Counted from the stretch's first letter, positions 1-14,967 are shown. The stretch: DNA of 64,000 nucleotides from Tubulanus polymorphus (GCF_964204645.1 NC_134027.1:23150560-23214559); one strand, 5' to 3'. Notes: generated from the letters alone by a model not told the origin. Made by a program: numbers and translations.

Positions 1-163
1 GAGATCAATTTACAAGAACGCATGGCAGATATCTGCTGCTTGCCTGAACTTTTTGATTTCATTCATAAGTGCTTTAAGTCAAAGAGCAAACATTGTAATG
101 GATTTGTTTTAAAGTTCTTTCACATATACAACGTCAGCGGAGATTTTTTTCAATTTCCTTTAG

Positions 164-3100
164 ATGCACCAAAACTCTCCAGAGAATTCGAACCCGTTGC
201 TGCACAAATAGGAGAATCTCTTGAATTTGCGATAAACTACGACGCGAATCCAACTGCGACAACTTTAAATTGCAAGCATGATGGAGCAAACTTTGAAACT
301 AACGTGATTAAAACCAGTTTAATGCAATGGGGTATCATCATACAATCAGTTCAGGCGTCTGATTATGGATCTTATTCGTGTAGACTCAAAAATTCAATTG
401 GTGGTATAGAAGTCACCCTAAAACTCATTCAGGCGGGTAAGTACTACTGCAGGCGGAAGTGTTTATTTCCCCCGAAACGGCGTTTTCAAATCTGCAGTCG
501 TAAATAACCAGCTTCTTGGTGGCATACAACGACATTCTATTGTGAGATCGTAATCGTCAAGTCTGTTTAAGGTGTGAGGATATCTTATCTCTGGTAGATC
601 GTGTTTTAGTTTGGTTTTTTAATTGAAAATATCTTACCTACAGTTGTAGACTATTTCAGGAAAGGTCTGGATGGCAAAGATTGTGACAAATGATGATGAT
701 CCTTATATTGTGTCTATTATTTCTGTTGTGTACACTCTAAACTGGGAATAGGCACGATCAGTTCTTTTTGAAAGTACCCTTATCTTTTATCTTTTTTTTC
801 ATTTTAGGACCTCCACAAACTCCATCAAATCTGTCAATCGTCGCGAAGACAGCTGTATCTGTGACGCTGAATTGGTTTTCAGAATTCGAGGGTGGCTCCG
901 AACAAACGTTCACCGCCAGTTACAGGGCATCAAACTCCACAAAATCCGTTAATAAAACTGAAATACCCGACCCAGGTTATAGAAAACTGGTGCAAACGAA
1001 AGTAACGGGTTTAAAACCAGCAACTGATTATCAGTTCAAAGTGAAAAGTGTCAACTTAAATCGTGGTGATAATACAAGTCCATTTGCTGATATAGTTACA
1101 GCAAAGACTAACGGTAAGATTGAAGACACGTCATGTGTAAAACATGCATTGGGAAGGGAAGAGATACAGTTAACCTTGCCTAACCTATTAAAGCGGCACC
1201 GGCAAAATCGGTTGGCTAAAGTTCAATTTTTTTAATACGATAGAAAGTCAGAAATGAATTTCGTTTATATCGAGTAAATCACCGGAAGTCCGAGTTGGCC
1301 ATGTGTGAGTAAGCCAAGGTTTTATGCAGTTAAATATCAAATATTACACGTCTCTACTTTGATACGGTGGACTGCTTAAAGATGTATTTTTCCATCTTTT
1401 GGTGCATGCGTTTTCATTACTAGCGGCACTTCATCACAAATTATTTCGTAGTTCACTTCAACAATGTTCACTCATCAATGTTTCAAATCTAGGAGAGTTT
1501 CAGCCTAGGAGAGTGCAATTTAGCCTCTATCATTCAGTTCATGTGCATCTTTTTCAGCTATTCCCACTTCTATAAATACGGTGTTGAAACAAGCTACGAT
1601 CGCACAGGAAGGAAATCTTGTCCTGGTGAAATTATCCTCGTTTCCGTCGAAGTACAGCGTCTATGTGGAATACTGTACGAAGGATACGAACCAGTGTAAT
1701 TCTACCAAACCGAAAAAAACCGATGGTTCGATAAGTATAACGTTTAAAATCGATCCGGGCCATGAATACAATTACAAACTGATTGTTACTGAGAGTAGTG
1801 ACGTTATTGTGAGCAAACTGCTTCAATTGAAAGAAGAAGGTACGTATGAAATATTGTCAGTGAGTTCTATGAAATTCATTTTGGTTAATTTACGCTGGTT
1901 GACAACTCAGAGAGATAATGAACATAAGCAACTCATAGTCTTATCACCGAATTTTCATTTTCACTGATTGAAATTGAACATAATTTGTGTAACTGTATCA
2001 GATGGCGGCTGTGTTTTTCAGTGAGTTAAGCAATACGTATCATATGTGTAACTTGTACACATATTGGTATTCAAAATATCTGAATTACTTCTAAAATTGG
2101 GCATCTTCTTTTCAGTTGATGACAAGCGGACTTTAGTTCCACTGATTATTGCTTGTGTGGTTCTTGGTAGCGGTAGCATAGCGTTTACTCTGGTGATGAT
2201 CTTATTGATAGTACTTCTCATTATAATACTGAGAAATGGAGTTTGGAATATGAGGGGAAAGTGAGTTTTTAAAGCAATTTTTTACCCGATCGTGTCATTC
2301 CCGCACGAAATGCCCTGTTTTGAATGGTCTAAGTAGAACAGCAATGTCTGTCAACCGTTGCTTTGAACTTGGCACAAACCATTAAAAGAAACGACGAAGT
2401 TCCTTTATCAACGATTCACCTCATTAATTCCGAGATAGGTTCATGAATTTTGATGACAAGCATATTTTTCTTGATACTACAAAATGGCTGATTAAAAGTT
2501 TCCAAATTTGATGAGATGATAACCTAAAAGCAAAACGTTTATACTGGACACGGGCGTAACTGGTTTTATTACATGTTATGTCACTTTTGAGTCAATTAGA
2601 ATCCCATTAATTCTTTTAAACCGATCATTGAGGTATCAATGACTTCATTTGCTAGATTTAAATTTGGTACCGAACGTAATTCGTCAAAATTAGTCTTTCG
2701 TTTCAGAAAAACCGATGAGTCAACACTAGGTAAATAAAAGCTTAATGTAGAAGAAGAGTTGAAAAATATTTCATCGCATTTGTGATTGAATACGATCGAC
2801 GATTTATAAAGTCTATGTATTTTGTTATAGTATTGATTATATCGATTGTTCCTGAATGGTTTTCAATATTGTGATTATTACAGTTTATTCAAACAGTAAT
2901 GAAGCCCATTGCAAAGACTCACGTATGTATATTCGTGACATCTTATACCTTCTTATCTCCCTGTGAAATGCGTTCACTATTGATAAAATCATATTTCAGA
3001 CGCTTACGCCGCGGCAAAACCGTTCGAAAATGTGGCTTTTAGCGGTATGTATTCTTGGTCTTCTTATTACCATACATAGGCCCTATAGATTTTCAGGATG

Positions 3101-3433
3101 ATGTCCTGAACAAAAATAAGGCATATCCTGGATTCTCTGTATCCAAACCATTGGTTGGTTGCTTATTTGAAGTCCCTAACAAGTTACCACACGTGGTAGG
3201 AACGAAATAAGGGATCTGAAAATTGGAAATCGATGTACAGATAGTTGGATGTAAATTTCATGGACCTTTGTTTCTAATATTAATTTCCAAAGCTTCCCGG
3301 CCGCATCCTCAATTTTGGTCAAGTCCTGATTTTTTTATCTGCATGCATCTATTACGTTTAGCCTTTTATTTTTCGTAATTTTAAAGCCGAGTCTGAAATC
3401 GAACCGAACCATTATGAAGAAGTGAAGAAATAG
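164..3433 (+). CDS. IgSF receptor R1, 3' part: Ig - FN3 - stalk domain - TM - tyrosine tail (5' exons lie before the window)
   Basis: Exons 164-436 (Ig, DYGSYSC), 808-1113 (FN3, VTLNW...GLKPATDYQFKV), 1558-1839 (stalk), 2116-2260 (TM), 2707-2729, 2884-2922, 3000-3044, 3387-3433. All have AG/GT ends and compatible phases. The tail reads KKTDESTLVYSNSNEAHCKDSHAYAAAKPFENVAFSAESEIEPNHYEEVKK*. Confidence 0.88.
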
Positions 3434-3555
3434 CAAATACGTACTGTTTCGACCAGCCGGAAATGTTTGCTGACTTTGAGAAGACGTGTTACCTGCAATA
3501 GATGACCCTTTCACGCTAGATATTGATTCGAACTTCGCTACTGGATACCATATAA

Positions 3556-3811
3556 TACGGTGGCTGATTCGGGCCGTGTAAAGAAAAATTACAGACGTTG
3601 CAAATTTTTCTTTACGGACGCGTGATAAAACGACTTCTTCTCGCTTTATCGCGCAATTAAACGAATAAATTCCGTTTTATCGTGGCAATTTCAAGTTTCA
3701 ACGTGTTGTAATTTTCGTTTAATTGCGCTATAAAACGAATTTTAGGCGACCGTTAAGAAATTTGCAACGTCTGTGATCTTTTTTTTTACATGGCCCGAAT
3801 CAGCCACCGTA
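3556..3811. mobile_element. MITE with long terminal inverted repeats and TA flanks (Tc1/mariner-type), just downstream of the R1 stop
   Basis: TA-CGGTGGCTGATTCGGGCC...GGCCCGAATCAGCCACCG-TA; the inverted match continues inward (acagacgttgcaaattt / aaatttgcaacgtctgt). Confidence 0.8.
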
Positions 3812-5019
3812 GTTTATCAACTTGTGCGTATGAACGATTTACGTAATCTAACTTGTTTATAAGTTGCATGGATTCAGCGACGTACTACAAAAGTGATGAT
3901 CCTTGCAGCGAATTGGAAAATATATTCTGTTGATTGTCTATTGTTTTATATGAATTGAATTAGATTTTACGTTTTAATATCATTGCTTTGTTATCATAGT
4001 CATATTATTTATGTTAATCTTATGAATGAGGCTTCGCCTTAATTACTCTGTAAAATTGACCAGACGCGAGTTTCATTTAAATTCATGGAAAGTTTTCTGT
4101 AATGAATTAACGAAACAATAGAATTGTGTATAACAAATCCGTTGGTCCTATATCTATAAAGCATCTCCATCGTTGTATTAGTCTGATCATAGTTAATTAA
4201 ACGTGCCTCATGTGACCTGCGGAACATTTAAAGTGTAGCGCAATTCCGAAAGTGTAATAATGATCGAATTTCTGTTGATTGGATTGTAATTTTTGACGTC
4301 TCGGGTGAAGTCCTAAACGCATGTTGAGTGCGAACGATCCCGTTTTGAAAGTGCGGATAAATTGTCAAATGTCTGGTGTTTTATAGTTTATTTTCAATTA
4401 GAAAAATCTCGAGCGAAGGTGAAGGGAGGATTGAGGAAAAGTATTTTATCCCTATCTTGTATGCTCTTTTTATTTTGTAATCAGGAATTTTTACTGTAAA
4501 TAATTTGTGAAAACTGAAATACACGTAAACGTTAATATGATGGTTCCATTTTATTTTTGAAAGGCTCTCAATTTTCTACTTCTTTTAAAAGAGGATTGAT
4601 CTTTAATTTACGTTTAATGAGTTTTGAAGGAGCAATCGATCCACGAAAGCTAACTGGATTTTGGAAAATTATCTGAATTATTTGAAATTCCGTCTTTGGA
4701 CTCGAACCTATTAGGTCAATTTCAGTAAGATGTAGATGAGATCTAAAAAAGCCAAAAAATCAAAAGCCATCCTTTTCTTGAACCATCCGATATAGACATT
4801 ACGAAGTAATCGTGAAGTCGGTTCATGCTGTATGAATGAAAAGTTACCTACTTTTCATCTTTCGTAAAATCAAAATCTGTGAAGACGGTGAAATGACTGG
4901 TCTGTGTCAAATTACAGCAACGGTAACAGCGGGTGAATGACAAATTTTTTTCGATTGAATGCTGTTAAAAAGTCTAAAATCCAGTGTGGTAAGGCAGAGC
5001 CGATTTATTTATTAGAATA

Positions 5020-5455
5020 CAGCAAAACATTTCGCGAAAGTTGGTACTTCGATAGGCCATCACAACATAGTGCCTAGAAACTGGGAATATCTTTATTAAG
5101 TCTATCCAATATGGTACGGCTGAGCTGATTGGTGATATAAGACAGCCACAAATTTAGCGAAAGAGGGGACCACGACAGACCGTCGCACAGAGTGCCTAGA
5201 AACTGGGAACCTCTTTTTATGTCTATCAAGTATGGTACAGCAGAGTTGATTGATTTATCAAAAAAGCGCTACAAACATCGCGAAAGTGGGGACCTCGACG
5301 GAACGTCACAACATGGTGCCTAGAAACTGGGAACCTCTTTATTAAGTCTATCAAGTATGGTATGACAGAGCTGATTGGTGACAAGGACAGAAACAAACAC
5401 CGCGAAAGTGGGTACCTCGACGGAACGTCACAACATGGTGCCTAGAACCTGAAAA
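5020..5455. repeat. Minisatellite, ~122-bp unit, about 3.5 copies
   Basis: tgcctagaa recurs at 5071, 5193, 5317 and 5439, with similar sequence throughout each unit. Confidence 0.85.
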
Positions 5456-6965
5456 CGTCATTATTCTGGAAGCTTATATTATCATTCGACATTGATTTAT
5501 GATATATCTTCGAAAATACTAGACTGTCATATAACAATTCCCAGGCATGAATATGAACTCGCTTTTGCGGGTATTGTTTATGATGACTATAGATGCGTAC
5601 CACGTACCTACCTTAGCGTCACTTACATTCTAGATCTTGATTGAACTCGGTATTTTTTATATCCGATCTCAATCACTGTTTGAAACGAGTGCCCACTTTA
5701 TTAGAAGTTTTCCATTATTAATTCTGGTAAGTAAAATCGGCTACAGATATTTCCTCCTGCGAATAGTTTTTATTTAAGACCATTAAATTCGTTTTCTGGG
5801 TTTTCATAGTTACACCTTTTTGGCTTGATTTAAGTGAAGGAACTTAGAAAGGAATAATATCAATCATTGATTTTAAAATCCATGACGTGTATGTTGCACG
5901 TGGTCAAAATTATACTAGTTTGGTTTTCTCATTCGCGGGATCATGTGGATTCCGTACCAAGGATGCCCCGGCCTGCCTATAGCTCTGAATAGATCGGCCT
6001 ATTACTGAAATATGTTACTGGAGATAAGACTGGCAATACGTCTGTCAAAATATACGAATTGACAGAATAAGATCGAATCTGTTGTGAATGCAATTAACAT
6101 GAGTTAGACGGTATTTTGATGAAGACAGTGTAAAAAGATACAGGCAAAAATACGATTTGATTCATAAGAAAATAAATCTGATTATTCACAGAAAAACATT
6201 AATTATCAATAACAAATGACAAATACTTTTTCTTTCTTCTTTTCTCTCAAACATTTAGGAAATTCATTGAAAGTTCACTTCCCCAATTTCAATTTTCGAA
6301 TCATGGCTAGCTCATTTCCAATTCTTAAGTTTTTAACACCTCTCTTTAAATTCTCAAAATATTTGTAATCTATAATTTTACGGTTCACATATGCCAAATA
6401 AACCACATCTTTGTTTATTAAATAACAATTGTTAGAAATATCAACCTTCGTGATTTTCATCAAGCATTTGTCAGATTATTGATTATTGATTATTGATTTA
6501 CTTTCGTTTTCAATGATTTCACAGCGACGCTATTTTGAGTTGATTCAAGCGTAGAATTCTAATAGGAAATGAAAATCATATTTTGTAATCGATGACGCTT
6601 ATGTTATAATCCAATAAGGCTTAGTCTTGTGAACCAAAATACAAACGACGTAAAGCAAAAAACAAACAAACATGCTGCAAGTTTTCCAAATTATGATAGT
6701 TTGGTACCTTTTTATTTCTATGAACAGGAGCCGCTGGATTCCGCGTCTGGATTGTGCCGAGTGTTGCTGGATATCAGAAATTGACAGAAGCTACGACATA
6801 AGAAAACATCCCACTCGCTCCTGACTCGTGACTAGAAGACATTGATGAATGATTTTGAGGCTTACGTTTGGAAATTTACTATCGTCAATTCGTGAATAGC
6901 ATCCATACATCAATATTGACCACGTGTTATTTCGTTTCCAAAGGAGTTCTGAATCTACAGGCAGC

Positions 6966-9900
6966 ATGTATAGAAACGTAAGAAAACTGCCATTTCAACT
7001 AACACTCTACATCATTTATTTCAAGAATATTATCTACACTGAATTGTAGTTTATTTATCAATTCTGTAGTAAAATGCGCACGTATGAATATAAAACCATA
7101 TCATGTTATGAGTAGCAGAATACGCTGAAAGATATCTTTTTCTATCTAAGTTACGTAAGTGCTTGCTCGTGACTGCGATGCTGTGTCTCACAAACACAGG
7201 AATAAACGGTAAGTGAACATCGATTTTTTCGTACATTTTAACGCTAGGACATCATAACTCAAATGCAATGCAGTTGATTCAACTTGTAATCCTGATGATA
7301 TGGTGATGATGGGTCGATCAATGAATCAATGAATCCGTCATGACTAGCGAGACATGAAATATGTACAATGAAATATAGGTACGCGGCTACGATGTTTATT
7401 TTGTTGTTAAAAATTACTTAAATCTTTGTCATGACTTACTGAGTGCCATTTAAGTGTTGAAAATAACTATTGCTTATGCGTCGATGGAATATCTGATAAT
7501 TGCTGGGTATCCTTTTTAGGACGGGCTCCACCGATTTGTGACCAACGAGAGAACAGATTTTGCCCTCCGAACAATAGTAAGTACATAGATACAGTTTTGA
7601 GATATTCGCGATAAACAATATTCAGCCAAACCATTCATTGTAAGATTGACACAATGAACATAATAAAAATTAGGTTAATATCAACGTCCTGACGATGATT
7701 ACAATGGGTTTTCACATTTTCCTGATATTCAACAATTGTGTCGTATTAGAACAAGTGAAAAATTGATTAGATTTTGGGTATTGTAGGTTCATATTTCCGG
7801 AGCTCTAAAACATACATGGTTTAAGAGAACTTGGTGGAATCTGGATAGCTGATCGGATCCTTTAGGTCAAAGGTCATGGTCATCGGAAGCTGATTTGCAT
7901 TTTTCATTTCCCGCCTTCATTAATGGGTCGACATGTACGCTCAGGGTGTATATTCTGTTGTCAGGCGTTTCACCTGACGTTGGGCATCAGTCGTCTTCGG
8001 CGACATTCTAGTTTGATAATGGATTTCGAGTGGAAGTGCACTTTCTGTCCAGCCAAACCATTGAAGAGAATTTCAGAACGTGCCAAGGTCATTTTCATTT
8101 TATTGTCCGTCACAAACGCCTCATTTCACTTTATCCATCAGCTAAACAACGACAAAAACAAGTAACTTTTCCCCACGCATAAGTGTTCCAGTGTAACTAT
8201 CACTGAAGCCCGGTAAACTTTCACTGTGAGTTAATTTGGTGCTGAACGTTACGATTGGTGCTAAACGATGGTCATGTGACTTTATGAACTCTTTCGAAAA
8301 AAACTGTTATTCCTTTAATAGGTCAGAGTGACGAATAACTAAATTATGCGTCATTTCATTGAGCGTGAAATGTATTTACAAATTGATCTGATCCGAGTTC
8401 GGACAGGGATTATTCTTCTGATCGTTTCGAGTTCAAAGACTTCACCAATAGACAAATTATCGAAATTGTATGACATGTTGTTGGACAAAACCTTTTATTG
8501 ATTTTAAAGTTCCGCCATGATTCAAGATGGCTGATAGGATGTCAATTTTGTTCAGCAAACACTTGTGAGCATGGTATAGGCTATGTCTACTGGCTTCCAT
8601 CTTTGTTCGGCTAATCTTCTTGTGAGCAGGATGCAGGCTTGCTGGATGAAATGTTTTGAAAAATTGTTTTATGAAATGATGTGAGCTTAATTGTGTGGAA
8701 GAACCCTATCGATTTCAGAGGTTCTACCTTTCAGGATGGCTGACTGGCCATAAAGAGAAATCGTTGGAACTGCTTCTTACTCATTGCGGAGTTGAACCGA
8801 GAGTCATTTGCATGTTTTGTATATTCATGCCAGCAACACATTTAGCTTGTTTCTACTAAGATAACGTACCTTAAATCACTCGTAGTCTATTCATTCATTC
8901 TACATGTATCACATAAAATAAAGTTTTGTGGTTGAGGTTTTATATTTATTACAGTACCACCGGATGGACCTCGTATAACATCTCAAACCGACCAACGCCA
9001 TCAACAACATCGTCACGGTACAGGAGTATTCACCATTAACAATCACATGAGACGGTTCCATGCCTTTTGCTACGGGTCTGATGTATAGATGGAGTGGTGT
9101 CAATCTATCAGGACAGTCTAATAATAAACTCAGTTTTATAAGAATCAGACGAACCGATTCAGGTGTTTATACATGTAGAGTATCGAATGGCGCTGGATCA
9201 GTTACTGGCAGTATAACTATCAATGTTTTCTGTGAGTATTCCTTTAACTATAATAGAGGGAAGTTCATAGTAAATAATTAGAGTCTGTTCTTGGGGAACT
9301 ATCACTGAACTCCGATACACTTGTTCACAGAGGGTTAAGTAAGTAACTGCACGTTATGGTAAACGTATCACTAAGGTACATGACTGATGGTGGAATTTGG
9401 TCATACGAACCCATGAACTTTTACGTAAGCAAGTCTTTGGGAGTAAGCGCTGTTTTATATTTGCAGCACTGGCACCCAGGCTAGTGGGCCAGTTCTAACA
9501 TCTCAACCGATCGCAACCATCAACAACATCGTCGCAGTACAGGAGAATTCACAATTAACAATCACATGTGACGGTTCACAGTCTGGAGCTACAGGACTGA
9601 CGTATAAATGGAATGGTGTCAATCTATCAGGACAGTCTAATAATATACTTCGTTTTAAACCCGTCAGGAGAACTGATGCAGGTGTTTATACATGTACAGT
9701 ATCGAATACATTTGGATCAGTTACTGGTAGAGTTAATATCAATATTTTATGTGAGTATTTAAACGTGAACACAATATCATATTACTCTTCATTCAAATTC
9801 TATTAACGTTAAAAACCATTTTTAGAAAATTCATTGATCATCATATCAAATTAAATGAACATTTGAAATAGCTGGATCTCGGCTTAAAAATGTTGAGGGA

Positions 9901-12900
9901 GGCTCGAATTGCAACAGAGAATATCGTGCTTAACCGTTTACACCCCAGACTCGTGTCATTCGAGTGAGTGCCATTTTTGTGAATTGATATTCACTGCAGA
10001 TTTCCATCTGCCTGATGTTCAATCGTCACGGTGGTGATCGGGCATGGCATGATTTTCGAAATCAGTGGCTCTTGGACAGAGCACTGGAACAACCAGATTT
10101 TAGAAAATTATTCGGAACGTATTTGTGTGTTGTTTTTGACATATACACTATGGGTTATATTTCATTCGTTTGTTAATACAAAATCCTGCGTATAATATAT
10201 ATTATGCTAATAAGCTACATTTGGATTTAATTTGACACAATCACTTTTTCCTTTATTTCAGACCCTCCAAGCAGAGTCACATTGCAAGGACCGGCGTCAC
10301 CCGTTCAGGAATCTACATATGTTGCAATAAGGTGTACATCTACAGGGGGTAATCCGGCACCAAACCTTTCCATAACTAGAACACCAGGTGGCAGCACTGT
10401 GAAACAGGGAGTTAGTCCTCCAACATATTCAACATCCGTCACTAAAACAGATAACCAGGCAGAATATCGATGTGCAGCTACTGGGGCTGGTATATCGACA
10501 CCAATGATTAAAAATCAATTCAAATTGACCCTCAACTGTGAGTACTGTAGATAGTTTTAGAATATTTCATGTTCATTGAAATAAGTCAAAATATCCTAAG
10601 CAACATTTTCGGTCCTTCTGATGAAACGGGGTTTTTATTCGACGAAACGATGTCAATATTTTTTTCAATAAATTTTTGGTAAAAGGGCCTGTCATAATTT
10701 ACACATCCAGTTGATTCGCACTAGTTGCAGACGGCAATTCAAGTTGCGAATTCAAGTAGCGAAGCAACTGGCGGAGAGCCTGATATCACATTTACGTTTC
10801 CTAACCAGATTCTAATCAGATTCAACTCACGAGCTGGATATAGATCTGCTTACAATAAAACCTGGTAGATGCTGCTCGGATGAACTATTTTATTTCATTT
10901 ATGTGATTTTAAGTTAAAAAGTATAATTACGCCGAGACTGATTTCTAGATGTTTTTCTGCACACAGCAAATTCAATACGTATACACAACGTAAGCGAAGA
11001 TCTTCTTTTCTTTTTATTCCTATCAGATGCACCGAAACTCCCCGGAGAATTCGATCCCGTTGCCGCAGAAATTGGAGAACCTCTTGCATTGACGATAAAC
11101 TACGACGCAAATCCATCAGCGACAACTTTGAATTGCAATCACAACGACACAAATCTCGAAACTAACGTCATAAAAACCGGTTTGATGAAATGGAGAATCT
11201 TCGTACAATCAGTTCAGGCGTCTGACTATGGATCTTATTCGTGTAGACTCAAGAATTCGATTGGTAGTGTGGAAACAACATGGAAACTCACAGAAACTGG
11301 TATTAAGTGCGGCGGCAGGCTGTAGTTTTTATTTCATCGAGACGGCGTTTTAAAATCGCCAGTCATCGAAAACCTCTCTCTTGAGACAAACAACCAGAGA
11401 TCGTTTTGATGCCTTTATAATCATTTTTTGAAACTGTAAGGAATAGATATCATCTCAGCCTTAGTTTTTGTATAACGTTTCTCATGGATGTTCTGAAGAC
11501 ATGAAAAGTCTGTATGACGAAAATTGCGATAAATGGTGGTGATCTTGATGTGTCGAATAACTTGAATGGGTCTTCAAAAGCCTATTACACAATACAATGC
11601 TTAATCTCTAAACTGGAGCACAAACTGTCTCTTTTCGCAAGAAGCTTCATCTTACATGTTTTCATTCCAGGACCTCCACAAACTCCATCTAATTTATCCG
11701 TCGTCGCGAAGACAGCTGTATCTGTGACGCTGAATTGGGTTTCTGAATTTAAGGGTGGCTCCGAACAAACGTTCACCTTTAGTTACAGGGCATCAGACTC
11801 CAGAAAGTCCGTCGACAAAACTGAAATACCCGACCCAGGGTATAGAAAAAAGGTGCATACGAAAATAACCGGATTAAAACCAGCAATTGATTATCAGTTC
11901 AAAGTGAAAAGTGTCAACTTAAATCCTGGTGATAATACAAGTCCATTTACTGATATAGTTACAGCTAATACAAATGGTAAGTGTGAGGTTATGTTACGTG
12001 TACAGCATACATTATAAGAAATGGGATACAGTTAACCTCTGGCACCGGCAAAATTCATCCGAGTTTTTTCTATATGAAAAGAAATCAGAAAATGATTTCA
12101 ATCGATTTATATCCTAGTAAGTCAACAAAAGTCTGAGTTGGCCAGTTCAGAGTCAAGATTCTTGGCCGGTGAATATTACCGGACAGTAAGTACATTGCAC
12201 GTTGGATTTCTCGAAGGTTTATTTCTCCGGCCAATAAAGAGAATTTCGTATGCTCCTCTATCAACGTCATATCAATTCGTGGGGGAGTAGTAGCCTAGAA
12301 CAGCCATTTCGTTGATCAACCGGTTCAATGAGGACAATACGTCTGCTGTAAAAGTGCGATATCTACAATGTTTTCGTGCTTCTTTTTCAGCTATACCGAG
12401 CGCTGTAAATACTGCACTGAATCAAGCCACGATTACTCGAGACGGAAATCTTATCCTGGTCAAACTACCATCGTTTCCGTCGAAGTACAGCGTCTACGTT
12501 GAATACTGCGCGAAAGATACGAACCGAGAATGTAATTTTACCAAACCGATAGAGAATACCGATGGCAAAATTAGTAAAACATTTAAAGTCGATGCTGGCC
12601 ATGCGTACAACTACAATCTGATTGTGTCTGAGGATGGTGACGTCATTATCTGCAAACTGCTTCAATTGAAAGACGGTACGTAATAGGTTAGCTGGTTCTA
12701 TTCTCATTGCGGTTAATTGAGACGTTTATTGACAATATTCAGAGAGACAATGAAAACATAATTATCACCGCGTCAAATGGTTGTACGGTAGTTATTTTGA
12801 AATGATATTGCGTTTCATTTAACCAATATCATATCCGTAGATTGTAAACATATTCAAATATCTGAATTTTTCTGCACATCATCTTTTTTCAGTTGTTGAC

Positions 12901-14967
12901 AAGTGGCCTTCAGTTCCAGTAATTATTGCCTGTGCTGTTCTTGGTAGCATAGCGTTTTTGGTAGTAATCTTTTTGATCGTACTATTTAGAAATGGACGCT
13001 GTAAATTGAGTGGGACGTGAGTTCTTAAGCTATCTATTTCCGGACTTTGTCATTCCCGTACCAGATACGCCGTTTGCAAGATAGAATTGCAATGCCACCC
13101 GTTGTATCAAATTTTGTCCAATCCATAGAAAAACGACGCAGATCCTATAACGATAACAACGATAAACATCAGTTTTAAGATGGTTTTCTAAATTTTGATG
13201 ATAAGTAACTTCTATCGTAATAACAAAATGGCTGATTGTTGCCAATTTGATGACGATCTAAAAGCAGAATGCTAATAATATTGGACACCGAAGTAACTGG
13301 TTTTACTATAGAAATTATAAGTTTGCTCATTTTCATATGGTTTTAAATTTTACGCCACTCCTGAGAAGATTCGAATCCCATTTATATCCTTAACCGATCG
13401 TTTGTTGATTACAAATGACTTTACAACTGCTAGATTTTATACTAGGTATGTACATAATGCATCAAAATCACTATTTCATTTCAGAAAATCTGAAGAGTCA
13501 ACACTAGGTAAAAATTGCCTTTGAAGTAGAAATAGAATTGCCTCGATTAAATAGATTGTATGCATGATTTACGAAAAATAGATATCTATCTATCTATCTA
13601 AGATTTTATTAGGCTTTTAATTAAATATCATCTAAACGCGTAGGCTTTATGTATTTTTCAATGAATTGATAATGTTTTTTTCTGAATGAAATATTTGTTT
13701 ATTGCAGCTTATTCTGACTGTAAAGAACTCCATGAAACAGACTCGCGTATGTATATCCGATAAATTTTATACACTACCAAATCCTCGTGGATTGAGTTAA
13801 CGATTTAAGAAACATGATATTTCAGACTCATACGCCTCGGCTACGCCGTACGTGAATGCGGTCTTTGGCGGTAAGTAATCTTGGTCTTCAGTAAAGGCCT
13901 TATAAAATTCTTTTAAAAATTTCCTGAACAAACACGAAAGAAATATGTTGAATTCCTCTTATTAGGGTATTCTGCTGTTTGACAGAAAACCCTATTGTAA
14001 TTCTCGTGATTATTAAGATTTTCAGCTACTCTCGCAGAAAACGCTCTTGTACATCGGTTGATTATCATCATAATATTTTTTCGTACATAAAATTCATCTT
14101 CAATCAGATTCGACAACTCAATCTTTTAAACGAAATGTTAAGACAGAAATATTAGTCATATTGGTCTATCACACCGCCCGCAATTTCTTGGACGGACAGG
14201 TTCCCGCTTAGCGGCCACCAGTCGATATATCTAGCCATATCTAGCCATTAGATACGTTGACGTACTGAAAGAGAGTGAATCAGCCGATGAAAAACAACAC
14301 ATCTGAATGGTTTAGTACATAATGCTGAGCGGCAACGTGTCCGCCCATGACATTTTTGGACGTGTAATAGACCAATGAAAGTTTATGTTAGCGTGAGCTC
14401 AGCGGACGGCAGCCAAATACTGGCAAGCGTGGATGTCCGCCAAAGAAACGTTTCTTCGTTATCATCAAAGTCGTATCATCCAAGTTCATCAGAACCTTTT
14501 AGGTAGTAGCCCTTATCCATCCACATATCAAGTATTTGTGCTGACCCCCTATAGGTGGCGTTCCATAGAAAAATACGTACTAACTGAGGAGAGTTATTTG
14601 GACGAAATCCAAGCTTCCAGTACTACATTGTAAGCCGCAAGGTAGAAACATGTTGTTGCAGCTTTATTTGATTTTATTTTTTAATGCCGATTTGATGTCT
14701 CTAACAAACACAATATTAGCTGCCGGTAACGAAATAGAAAATTTGACTTCAATATCGGAAATCATAGCACAGATATAGATGGATCTAAATTTAAGCGACC
14801 TATGATTCGAATATTCTTTTCCAAATTTTGGCGGCTGGCTTGTAATTTTTCGGGCAAGTTCTGGCTTTTTTTATCTGCATGCATTTTCACGTAATTTGTT
14901 TTTAGTTTCGTCATTAAAAGCCGAGTCTGAAATTGACGCGAACCATTATGAAGAAGTCAAAAACTAG
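6966..14967 (+). pseudogene. IgSF receptor R2: damaged 5' half, intact Ig-Ig-FN3-stalk-TM-tail
   Basis: Start exon gcagcATGTATAGAAAC/gtaag (6966-6977) matches those of R3-R5. No V exon was found, and the signal exon is at best a remnant near 7330-7378. Ig exon 8955-9231 has a +1 frameshift and TGA at the first Cys; Ig exon 9467-9750 has an 8-bp insertion; a decayed Ig exon lies near 10720-10810. Open exons: 10262-10537, 11027-11299, 11671-11976, 12391-12675, 12893-13016, 13485-13507, 13708-13746, 13826-13870, 14921-14967 (ends NHYEEVKN*). Confidence 0.78.
14160..14376. mobile_element. MITE-like inverted-repeat element in the last intron of R2
   Basis: attggtctatcacac...gtgtaatagaccaat termini, with a further imperfect internal match (ggacggacaggttcccgcttagc / gctgagcggcaacgtgtccgccc). 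Confidence 0.6.

Noticed and set aside
5020-5455. CRISPR-like array
   Set aside because: Whole units are similar with no unique spacers, there are no cas genes, and the context is eukaryotic; it is a minisatellite.
7620-8780. Missing V exon of R2
   Set aside because: No QQQNCIDAAD or CDVTAGRYG-like sequence was found; the region looks like decayed interspersed repeats.
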